Source: an uncultured Mycoplasmatota bacterium (lineage in GTDB: Bacteria; Bacillota_I; Bacilli_A; RF39; UBA660). From it: a stretch of DNA of 64,000 nucleotides. This document shows positions 9,647 through 18,395 of the stretch, one piece after another (within the stretch, counting starts at the first letter, position 1; the number at the start of each line of letters is the position of its first letter). Under the pieces are notes generated by a model. It saw only the letters and a list, made by a program, of their open reading frames with translations, searched no databases and had not been told where the DNA came from. Position numbers and translations under genes: made by a program. The DNA is taken from contig CAMUZS010000002.1 of NCBI GenBank assembly GCA_947165285.1, positions 26,302 through 90,301 on the forward strand. The letters run 5' to 3'.

Positions 9647-10573
9647 TTAATCTAATACAAGTCCTTCTTCTAATATTAAATCTTTAAATACTTCTTTAAA
9701 TCTATCTTTTTCTTTTATTTTAACATCATCATAAACTGTTTTAGTATTTACAATAGCTTCATACACATGCTTAATTTTAACTTCTGAAGAATTATCATAT
9801 AAAGCTTGAGTAAACGAATTTGATAAAATAGTTAATGCAATATCTGGATAACGTGAAGATATTTCATATACTCTTTTATATTCATCAGTCATTTCAACAA
9901 TAAATCTCATTATTTTTTCATTAATAAATGGTGTATATCCCATTTTAATATTCATTTCTTTTTCAAATTTAGGATATGTACCCATCATAATTTTAACAGT
10001 TGTATCTTGCGAAGGTTCCTCTACATCTACTCTTTGAAATCTTCTTAAAAATGCCCTATCTCTTAAAATATATTGTTCATACTCTTCAGATGTAGTAGCA
10101 CCAATCATTTTAATCTCACCACGATCAAGTCCAGCTTTAAACATATTTGCAAAATCCATATTAGTAGTACCATCACTTTTAGCTAATAAATGAACTTCAT
10201 CAATAAAAACAATTGTTTTTTCACGACGCGCTAATTCTTTAACAAGTAAATCTACTCTATTCTCACTTTGATTATCTACATTTAAATTACCAAACAATGA
10301 TGTAACATTTAATTTATATAATGAGTATCCAAATAAAGCATTAGGTACCATATTATTCTTAATTCTATAAGCCAAACCTTCAACTATTGCAGTTTTACCA
10401 ATACCAGCCTTACCAACTAAAAGACCACTTTTTTCTGGTGTTAAAAGAATAAGAATTAATTGTTTAATTTCTTCATCTCTTGCAATAGCAGGATCTGTAA
10501 CATAATCCCTTGCTATTAAATCCTCACCATATCTCTCTAAAATACTATAATTATTATCCATATATATCACCAT
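9647..10573 (-). CDS. Orphan ClpA/ClpB/ClpC-type D1-only AAA+ ATPase (no N-domain, no D2)
   Basis: Clp D1 signature: [34 protein letters not shown] (Walker A), [10 protein letters not shown] (Walker B), and the sensor/arginine region [32 protein letters not shown]. The protein is only 308 aa. Confidence 0.7.
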   Translation of the reverse strand: MVIYMDNNYSILERYGEDLIARDYVTDPAIARDEEIKQLILILLTPEKSGLLVGKAGIGKTAIVEGLAYRIKNNMVPNALFGYSLYKLNVTSLFGNLNVDNQSENRVDLLVKELARREKTIVFIDEVHLLAKSDGTTNMDFANMFKAGLDRGEIKMIGATTSEEYEQYILRDRAFLRRFQRVDVEEPSQDTTVKIMMGTYPKFEKEMNIKMGYTPFINEKIMRFIVEMTDEYKRVYEISSRYPDIALTILSNSFTQALYDNSSEVKIKHVYEAIVNTKTVYDDVKIKEKDRFKEVFKDLILEEGLVLD

Positions 10574-10631
10574 ATTAATTATAACATATTTATATATTTT
10601 ATGTTAAAATATTACAAGGACTGATGATTTT

Positions 10632-11552
10632 ATGTTTAAGTACACTCTAGATAACAAAAGATATCATACACTTAATTATTACTATAAAAAGAAGTATGGA
10701 AAAAAAGTATTTAAAGTATCTTTAAATGCTTCCTTTTCATGTCCAAACAAAATAAATGGTAAAGGGTGTATTTTTTGTTCAAAACTAGGTAGTGGAGATT
10801 TTGCTGGAAATAAAGATAAAGATTTAAAAACACAATTTGAAGAAGTAAAAAATATAATGTTAAAAAAATGGAATGATGCATACTTTATAGGATATTTTCA
10901 AGCTAATACAAATACATACGCACCAGTTGAAGTATTAAAAGAAAAATATGAAAGTATATTAAGATTAGATAACGTAATTGGATTATCTATTGCTACAAGA
11001 AGTGATTGTATTAATGAAGAATGTTTAAATTATTTAGTAGAATTAAATAAAAAAACAGATCTTACAATAGAACTTGGACTTCAATCTATGCATGAAAGCA
11101 CTCTAAAATATATTAATCGAGGACACGATTTAAGTAATTTTGATAATTGTGTAAAAAAATTAAAAGAAAACAATATAAAAGTAGTAGTTCATATTATTAA
11201 TGGACTACCAAATGAAACAAAAGATATGATGTTAAAAACAGTTAAACATTTAAACAAATTACATATAGATGGAATTAAAATACATATGCTACATGTAATA
11301 AAAAATACAGAATTAGCTGATATTTATTTAAAAAATCCATTCCATATATTAACTAAAGATGAATATATTGATATAGTTATTTCTCAATTAGAATTATTAG
11401 ATCCTAAAATAGTTATACATAGAATTACTGGAGATCCAGTTAAAGAAGATTTAATAGAACCAAAATGGTTATTAAAAAAGTTCTGTGTTTTAAACGATAT
11501 AGACAAAGAAATGGTAAGAAGAAATTCTTACCAAGGAAAATTACTAGATTAA
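10632..11552 (+). CDS. Radical SAM protein, TIGR01212 (YhcC-like) family
   Basis: An N-terminal SFSCPN...GKGCIFCS cluster like E. coli YhcC (GGCTFC). A TIM-barrel radical SAM core of about 300 aa. Confidence 0.75.
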   Translation: MFKYTLDNKRYHTLNYYYKKKYGKKVFKVSLNASFSCPNKINGKGCIFCSKLGSGDFAGNKDKDLKTQFEEVKNIMLKKWNDAYFIGYFQANTNTYAPVEVLKEKYESILRLDNVIGLSIATRSDCINEECLNYLVELNKKTDLTIELGLQSMHESTLKYINRGHDLSNFDNCVKKLKENNIKVVVHIINGLPNETKDMMLKTVKHLNKLHIDGIKIHMLHVIKNTELADIYLKNPFHILTKDEYIDIVISQLELLDPKIVIHRITGDPVKEDLIEPKWLLKKFCVLNDIDKEMVRRNSYQGKLLD

Positions 11553-12218
11553 TTATTTAGTTCTTAATTTAACAACAGATATGTTATTATCACCATCTTT
11601 TATTAAAGTTACTTCTGCTTCATCATCATATCCTAAATCTTTAACGTATTCAATTTTAAGAAGTACAACATATGATTCTCTCTTATTTTTATTCTTATCT
11701 TTTTTATCTTCATTTTCAATTTCAAAAGTAGATTTTTCTACTTTTTTTACTTCAACATTACTAACTTCAGGTAATTCTTGTTTTCTATCATCATAAGAAT
11801 TATCATGTACTAATTTATAAATAGTATCTAATACTTTAGATCTATGCATATCCCTTTTATCAGAATAAAAATATTGTGTACTAGTTACCTCATATTTATT
11901 AATTTTATAATTAATTGAATATAAATCTATAACAAATAATTTAGCAACTTGTTTAGCTATTTCTTCTTCTTCTGTCATATCTTTTAATTTAGCAAATTCT
12001 TGTTTATAATAATCAGTTACATTATCATTTATTTCATAACCATATTTTTCAATTGAATCATACACATTAGTAACAACAACTTCTTCTTGTTTTTTGATAC
12101 CTTGTACTTTTCCATATATTATAAGAACAATACCTGCGATTACAAATAATAGTATAATTAAAAATATACCTTTCATCCAATCTTTTTTCTTTTGTTTATT
12201 CTTCTTTTTTTCTTCCAT
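11553..12218 (-). CDS. Hypothetical membrane-anchored protein
   Basis: Lys-rich N-terminus, then a TM helix (IFLIILLFVIAGIVLIIY). The extracytoplasmic remainder has no recognisable motif. Confidence 0.5.
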   Translation of the reverse strand: MEEKKKNKQKKKDWMKGIFLIILLFVIAGIVLIIYGKVQGIKKQEEVVVTNVYDSIEKYGYEINDNVTDYYKQEFAKLKDMTEEEEIAKQVAKLFVIDLYSINYKINKYEVTSTQYFYSDKRDMHRSKVLDTIYKLVHDNSYDDRKQELPEVSNVEVKKVEKSTFEIENEDKKDKNKNKRESYVVLLKIEYVKDLGYDDEAEVTLIKDGDNNISVVKLRTK

Positions 12219-12269
12219 AATATAGGCACCTACTTTATACTTTTATAATTATATCATAAATATAAATTT

Positions 12270-12302
12270 TTACAAAACAAAAAAAGATAGATAAATCTAT
12301 CT
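12270..12302 (-). terminator. Rho-independent terminator downstream of the TasA-like gene
   Basis: Hairpin agatagat..atctatct (12285-12302), followed on the minus strand by a U-run (plus-strand caaaacaaaaaa). Confidence 0.5.
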
Positions 12303-12313
12303 TATTTTTATAA

Positions 12314-13021
12314 TTAAGCTCCTGTATTTGCAACACTTGTTTGTAATTTAGCTGTAAATGATTTTCCTTGATTTTCATTTTGCTTAATACTAGTTTCTTT
12401 AAATTCAAGTACTAAAATATAATTATCAGTTGAATTAGCATTAATTGTTGCATGAGTTAATTCACCAGCAATAGTTGGAACAGCAGTTTCAGTACCAACA
12501 ATATTAGCAGGATCTACAGAATTTTTATATAATCTGTATACAAAATCATTAGAACCAGATGTAGCAGCAGCTAATTGTTCTGGAGTATAATTTCCTGAAG
12601 CATCTTTTTGAACAGTTATAAATTCATTTGTAAGATCAGTCCAACTAATTGTATAAGTTACTGGAATTGTTGAATTATTAGTAACTGAAATAGCTTTACC
12701 TACAGAATATACTGGAGTAGCATCTTTAGTGTCATCAGCATTACTTTCATTTACACAAGTAGTATCAGATAATCTATAACCACTATCACAAGTATAACTT
12801 GTAATTGTTCTACTAATCCATCCAGGGATAATTCCTGTAGCAGTAATTTGAGGTCCGTCACTATATGCAACAGATAAATTTGCAGTAGTTACAGATGTAG
12901 TTTTAGCTTGTTCATTTCCTTCTACAGTAGCTGTAAAGTAAGCGAAAGTAGTACCAACTACAGCAGTTAATAATGTAGCAATTGCTAATACTGTTAAAAA
13001 TACAACATTCTTCTTTTCCAT
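12314..13021 (-). CDS. Secreted TasA/camelysin-like protein with SipW-cognate-class signal peptide
   Basis: The N-terminus LTVLAIATLLTAVVGTTFAYFTA matches the SipW-cognate signal motif (hydrophobic core then G-T-x-A-Y-F-T). A mature domain of about 200 aa, Thr/Ser-rich and beta-rich, as in the TasA/CalY family. Confidence 0.55.
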   Translation of the reverse strand: MEKKNVVFLTVLAIATLLTAVVGTTFAYFTATVEGNEQAKTTSVTTANLSVAYSDGPQITATGIIPGWISRTITSYTCDSGYRLSDTTCVNESNADDTKDATPVYSVGKAISVTNNSTIPVTYTISWTDLTNEFITVQKDASGNYTPEQLAAATSGSNDFVYRLYKNSVDPANIVGTETAVPTIAGELTHATINANSTDNYILVLEFKETSIKQNENQGKSFTAKLQTSVANTGA

Positions 13022-13171
13022 AATTTTCTCCTCTCTCTATCTTATAAATTAATCATAGCAAAATTATCTATAAACTGCAAGAAATATTTATTTTTTTTTA
13101 TCTTTTTTACAGTTATTATTTATATTATTACTTAAAGTAAAAAAAATATACTATAAAAAAAAAGAATGATA

Positions 13172-14437
13172 TTATTCATTCTTTTCTTCTTTTTTTAAAC
13201 CCTTAATTCTTTTTATTATTTTATTCTTACTTATACCTAACCAAATAACTAATATAATACATATTAATAGTAATACACCTGCTCCGATTAACATATATAA
13301 ATAAAAACTATCATTACTTAGTTCATTGAATAATTCTTCATCAAATACTTGGAATGTTTTATTATTTACATCATATAAATAATATGTTGAATTTCCAGTA
13401 TTTAAATCCATACCATAAATAATATAGTATTTATTTAAATCTTTATATTTAAAAGCAACTATTTCATTACCATCAATATTAATTGTAGTTTTAGTAAATC
13501 CTTTGTATGGAATACTATCAATATCTTGTGGAAAAATATTTAAATTTGATTGTAGTGAAATATATTTAGTATATTTTCCATCATTATATTTAAAGAAATA
13601 TGTATTACCAGATTCATCTTTTAAAGCAATAAGTGTTATATTATTTAATTCATTTTTAAAAGCAGGTACTTCCACTCCATCTATTGTAATTTTTTCTTCA
13701 ACATATCCTTCAGGAATCTCTAGATTTTTACTATTTTTTACAATTGTATAATTTATTCCATTAACACTTACATTTATTGGATTATTATCCTTTACATTAA
13801 CTATAACAACATATGTTTGTTTAGCTCCACTTTCAGCAGTAACAATAATTTCAAATTTATTGCTTCCTTCAACTACTTCTTTTTCTCCATCTCCTTCAAC
13901 TGAAGATTTAGAATCTTTTTTTGTTGTATTAATCTTAACTTTATCAACAGTTGATGGAACTTCTACACTATATTCAAAAATGTCATCACTAAATTCTGGT
14001 GTAAGTTCATATCCTTCTACTTCAATTTTTTTCAAAGTATTAATTGTTGAAGCTGGTGCTGGTTCTCTAACATTAACAGACTTAGAACCTGAAAGATTAA
14101 TTGTACTATATGATGTATCAGTAATATCCCCTGATAAGGTAAATGCTATAGTTCCTAAAGATGATGCTTTACAAGTTGTTGAAAAAGTCTTTGTTCCATT
14201 CTCTCCATTTTCATTCTCGCCAGACCATTCATTACTACATCCATATGTATTACCAGATGATATAATTTTTATATGCCAAGATCCAGCATTTCTAATAGTA
14301 ACTGATGCAGTTACACTTTTACCATTTTCAATTGATGCTGATGAAACATTAAACGAATATGAGGGTGCTGCACTAACAATTAAACTAAAGCATCCCATAC
14401 ATATCACACTAAATAATAAATATTTTAATTTTTTCAT
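13172..14437 (-). CDS. Surface protein with signal peptide, cadherin-like beta-sandwich-type domain and C-terminal TM anchor
   Basis: Signal peptide MKKLKYLLFSVICMGCFSLIVSAA. The segment LKKIEVEGYELTPEFSDDIFEYSVEVP...KFEIIVTAESGAKQTYVVIVNV resembles the bacterial cadherin-like domain pattern. C-terminal TM helix LIGAGVLLLICIILVIWL. Confidence 0.45.
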   Translation of the reverse strand: MKKLKYLLFSVICMGCFSLIVSAAPSYSFNVSSASIENGKSVTASVTIRNAGSWHIKIISSGNTYGCSNEWSGENENGENGTKTFSTTCKASSLGTIAFTLSGDITDTSYSTINLSGSKSVNVREPAPASTINTLKKIEVEGYELTPEFSDDIFEYSVEVPSTVDKVKINTTKKDSKSSVEGDGEKEVVEGSNKFEIIVTAESGAKQTYVVIVNVKDNNPINVSVNGINYTIVKNSKNLEIPEGYVEEKITIDGVEVPAFKNELNNITLIALKDESGNTYFFKYNDGKYTKYISLQSNLNIFPQDIDSIPYKGFTKTTINIDGNEIVAFKYKDLNKYYIIYGMDLNTGNSTYYLYDVNNKTFQVFDEELFNELSNDSFYLYMLIGAGVLLLICIILVIWLGISKNKIIKRIKGLKKEEKNE

Positions 14438-14453
14438 AAATCATAACTCCTTT

Positions 14454-16175
14454 TTATTTTTGACTAATATTATCCTTATTTAATAAAAATCTTCGCAATT
14501 TTAATAAATTAGCAGAGTTCACATCATCACCATTCATTATTTTTGCAGATTCCATAAATGCTCCAGACAAATTATCCTTACCAATTAAATATCTTCTCAT
14601 TTTCAAAAGATCAGCAGAATTTATTTGACCATCTCCAGTTAAATCACCATAAACTACAACAGTATAAGATGTACCATTAGCAAATGTAATAGTTTGTCCT
14701 GTCTTAATTAAACCATCACCATTTATTTGAATAGATGAATCTTTAGATTTTATTTCATCTATACTAGCACCTATTTCAAAACCTCTAATAAATCCTTCTT
14801 TTATAGAACCACCTATATTACTTACAGCTGAAGATATTTCTGAAGATGAAGAATTGTTTTCACTACTTCCATTATAAGTATATGTTGCACATATTGTACA
14901 TAGACCACCACTTGCATAAACTAGTCCAGCTTTAACAGGATTTTCTGCAGACGATGATGCACCTATATTATAAAAATTAAATAATCCTGAATAAGTAGTT
15001 CCCTTATATTCAAATTGTTGTCCTGTTGTATTAAACTCACCTATTTCTTGAACAGATAAAGATGCTAGATAAACAGGATTAACATTTGCATTTTTTCCTG
15101 CTTCTAAAAATATTGAAGAATAAGATTGATTATCAATAAAATCCATTCCACTTATATAACTTTTTCTATTCAATACCCCTTGAATAACACTTTCAGGTAT
15201 ATCAATATATGACAAATTTTCAAACATAAATACATAAGATTCATTTAAAAAATTTCTTGGATCTAAATAATAAGCAGTTGTTGCTTGATTAGGTTTATAC
15301 CATCCCTTTTCACCAGTTCCAATTGCATTTCCTTCACTACATTCAACTAAAGCACAATCAGTACTTTGAATTGCACCAGTTTCTTTAAATACAGCTGAAG
15401 CTTCTTCGATAGTAAGACCTGTTTTCATCGGAGTAAATGTCCAATTATCATGTTCTTGATGTAACTGTCTTAGATATGGTTTATAACTATCTGGAAAATC
15501 CTTAATCATATTTTCAAATGCATCATCTGTTTTATCAGTAGTTCCTAAGTTTGCTTTCTTTCCTCTTGGATGAGCATATTCACCTGCCATATTTTCATAC
15601 ACAGGAATTGAAAAACTAAAAGGTAAATTAAATGATCCATTTTTATAATAAGAAGTAGATGAAGATACAGCCTCAGTAGATGGTGCAGTAATATTAGATT
15701 GATATAAATGAGAATAAATAGAATAATGTCCATTTGGATTAACATTAAATTTTTTTAAATAAGAAGTAAATTGACCTTTTGCAATATATCCATTAGCTAT
15801 CCATTTAGCTCCACCAACGATTGCCTTTTTAGGAGTATTCCATGGTCTATCATATGGATTATCTAAAGATTGAGTTGTTATATATTTAGAACAAATATAT
15901 CCCTCTTTTGAATTATAACTTACCTTTAACCAACCATCATCACAACCTTCACCAGAAACTTTTTTATCATCAATAACAGTTACTTTAGTATTAGTATTTA
16001 AAGTATCTAAAATATCACTATTTTTAGTACTAGGATTTTGTCTAAATCTAACTCCATCAGTAGAAACTCTTGCTTCATATGATGCAGCCTTAACATTAAT
16101 TGGTACAACAAATAAAGAACAGAAAGTTAGAGAAATAATCATAATAATAGTAAATGCTTTTTTTATCTTAACCAT
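14454..16175 (-). CDS. Secreted SH3b-domain protein with central putative GH73-like glycosidase region and C-terminal type-I dockerin
   Basis: Signal peptide, then an SH3b-like segment (YEARVSTDGVRFRQNPS...GWLKVSYNSKEGYICSKYI). The C-terminus has two dockerin Ca-binding repeats (DLTGDGQINSADLLKMRRYLIG; NGDDVNSANLLKLRRFLLNK). The central region weakly resembles N-acetylglucosaminidase (LASLSVQEIG...GLFNFYNIGA). Confidence 0.55.
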   Translation of the reverse strand: MVKIKKAFTIIMIISLTFCSLFVVPINVKAASYEARVSTDGVRFRQNPSTKNSDILDTLNTNTKVTVIDDKKVSGEGCDDGWLKVSYNSKEGYICSKYITTQSLDNPYDRPWNTPKKAIVGGAKWIANGYIAKGQFTSYLKKFNVNPNGHYSIYSHLYQSNITAPSTEAVSSSTSYYKNGSFNLPFSFSIPVYENMAGEYAHPRGKKANLGTTDKTDDAFENMIKDFPDSYKPYLRQLHQEHDNWTFTPMKTGLTIEEASAVFKETGAIQSTDCALVECSEGNAIGTGEKGWYKPNQATTAYYLDPRNFLNESYVFMFENLSYIDIPESVIQGVLNRKSYISGMDFIDNQSYSSIFLEAGKNANVNPVYLASLSVQEIGEFNTTGQQFEYKGTTYSGLFNFYNIGASSSAENPVKAGLVYASGGLCTICATYTYNGSSENNSSSSEISSAVSNIGGSIKEGFIRGFEIGASIDEIKSKDSSIQINGDGLIKTGQTITFANGTSYTVVVYGDLTGDGQINSADLLKMRRYLIGKDNLSGAFMESAKIMNGDDVNSANLLKLRRFLLNKDNISQK

Positions 16176-16326
16176 TTTTCCAACTTCCTTTCATATTCCT
16201 TTAAATTATAACATAATTTTTAATATGTGTAAAACATATTGTAAATTATATATGTAAAGACTATACAAAAAAATTCCTTGTTTATTATTAAAACTTATAA
16301 TATAATATTCTAAGATAAAAGAGGTT

Positions 16327-18363
16327 ATGATAATGAAAGCATTTGTACATAAATTAAAGAAATCAAATAAAGTATTTTTATCACTTTATTTAATATCCTT
16401 AATAACATATATTGTTTTTTATAGTATTTTTACAATAAATATACTTCATTTAAGCAATATTGAAACAGGAATTAGAATAGTATTACTAGTATTTTTTGGA
16501 CTATGGTTATTAATGTGGTTTATAACTGGATTAGTATTCTTATTTACTAAAAAATATAAAAAAATGATTATTTTAATAGTATTTACACTAATTTTTTCTG
16601 GAATATTTGGAGTAAGTAGTTATTATATAAATAAAATATATCAAACAGTAGATGGTATGAGTAAAGACAAAGTTGTATATACATCAAATTTAATAACATT
16701 AAAAGATTCTAATTTTGACAGTAATAGTAAAATAGGAATGATTAATGATTCTAATGACGTTGAAGGTTTTGTATTAGGAAATAAATTAATTAAGAATAAT
16801 TCATTAACTAATGAAATAAATAGATATGATGACTACTTAATAATGCTTAATGATTTATATACTAAAAAAATTGATGCTGCTGTTGTATCAGGAAATTATA
16901 TTATAAACTTTTCATCTGAAGAACAATTTGAAAATATAGAAAAAGAAACTAAAATAGTTTATACACTATCTGAAGAAATGAAAAATCAAGATAATGTATC
17001 GTATACAAACAAAAAATTAACTGAACCATTTACAGTACTTTTAATGGGTGTTGATTCAGAAAATGATGGACTTAATGCTAATCAAGCATTTAATGGAGAT
17101 ACATTAATGTTAATTACTTTTAATCCTAAAACATTAACAGCTAGTGTGTTCTCAATTCCAAGAGATACATTTGTTCCAATAGCATGTAGAAACGGAGCAT
17201 ATGCAAAAATAAATTCCGCAGCTGCATCTGGTACAAATTGTGTAATTAATACAATTAAAAATCTTACTGATATAGATATAGATTTTTATGTTAAGATTAA
17301 TTTCAAAGGTGTTGTAGATTTAGTTAATACAATAGGTGGAATTACAGTAGATGTAGAAAAGCCTTACTTTAGATATAATAATGGTATAGATTATCATGGA
17401 CAAGTTTGTGAACAAAATTCAAATCGTGATTTTGGTAACAGTACTGTTTGTATAGATCCAGGAGTACAAAGATTAAACGGTGAACAAGCTTTAGCTTATT
17501 CAAGAAATAGACATCAATATATTGGATCAGATTTAGATAGAGTAAAACATCAACAACAAGTAATAACAGCCTTAGCAAATGAAGTTAAAAATCTTTCATC
17601 ATTTGAACAATTTGAAGGAATTTTAAATGCAGTTGAAAAAAATATGGATACTAATATGAAAAATGAACAAATATTATCACTATATAATGTTGCTAAAAAA
17701 ATAGCATTAACTGCATTAAGTGGAAAAACAGATGAAATAGTTTCAATTAATCATACATATTTAGAAACTTATTCTCTTCCTGTATGGATAGGATATTCTA
17801 GAACATCCGCTTTAGGATATTATAAAGATTCATTAAATGATATAGTTAAAATGATGAAAATTAATCTTGAATTAGAAGAAGAAAAAATAACTAAAAATTA
17901 TGAAATTGATTATAATGAAAACTATGAATCAAAATATTATGGAGAAAAAATTAGATCAAATCAAGTACAAATACTAATGCCTAATTTAATAGGAAAATCT
18001 AAAGAAGAAGCAAGTAATTGGATTACTTCACAAGGAAAAACACCATCAATTAAATATGTTTCCCCTGGTGAAGCTCATTACAATTCTAGTGTAGGAAGTG
18101 GAGTTGTAGCTGATCAAGATATTCATATAGATTCATTAATAAATAATGTAGGAACTATAACAATCTATGTTAATGAAGGAAAAACAAATGTTATATCAGA
18201 AACAATAATAAATAATACAAACACTAATCAAGAAGATAAAAAAGAAGAAACTACTAGTAACGAAGTTCAAAAACAAGAAACTAAGACAGAAGAAAAAAAG
18301 GAAGAACAAAATAAAGAAACTGAAAATAAAGAATCTGAAAGCAAAGAAGATAATAAAGAATAA
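16327..18363 (+). CDS. LytR-CpsA-Psr (LCP) family glycopolymer-peptidoglycan ligase with N-terminal TM helices, a PASTA-like C-terminal module and acidic tail
   Basis: LCP core: LLMGVDSENDG...GDTLMLITFNP...SIPRDTFVPIA...AKINSAAASG. The later segment VQILMPNLIGKSKEEASNWITSQGKTPSIKYVSPGE...GVVADQD...GTITIYV fits the PASTA pattern. The tail is E/K-rich low complexity. Confidence 0.75.
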   Translation: MIMKAFVHKLKKSNKVFLSLYLISLITYIVFYSIFTINILHLSNIETGIRIVLLVFFGLWLLMWFITGLVFLFTKKYKKMIILIVFTLIFSGIFGVSSYYINKIYQTVDGMSKDKVVYTSNLITLKDSNFDSNSKIGMINDSNDVEGFVLGNKLIKNNSLTNEINRYDDYLIMLNDLYTKKIDAAVVSGNYIINFSSEEQFENIEKETKIVYTLSEEMKNQDNVSYTNKKLTEPFTVLLMGVDSENDGLNANQAFNGDTLMLITFNPKTLTASVFSIPRDTFVPIACRNGAYAKINSAAASGTNCVINTIKNLTDIDIDFYVKINFKGVVDLVNTIGGITVDVEKPYFRYNNGIDYHGQVCEQNSNRDFGNSTVCIDPGVQRLNGEQALAYSRNRHQYIGSDLDRVKHQQQVITALANEVKNLSSFEQFEGILNAVEKNMDTNMKNEQILSLYNVAKKIALTALSGKTDEIVSINHTYLETYSLPVWIGYSRTSALGYYKDSLNDIVKMMKINLELEEEKITKNYEIDYNENYESKYYGEKIRSNQVQILMPNLIGKSKEEASNWITSQGKTPSIKYVSPGEAHYNSSVGSGVVADQDIHIDSLINNVGTITIYVNEGKTNVISETIINNTNTNQEDKKEETTSNEVQKQETKTEEKKEEQNKETENKESESKEDNKE

Positions 18364-18365
18364 AA

Positions 18366-18395
18366 AAATATCACTTTTAAGTGATATTTTTATTT
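18366..18395. terminator. Bidirectional rho-independent terminator between the convergent LCP gene and PFOR
   Basis: Hairpin atatcac-ttttaa-gtgatat (18368-18387) flanked by A-runs on one side and T-runs on the other. Confidence 0.6.
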
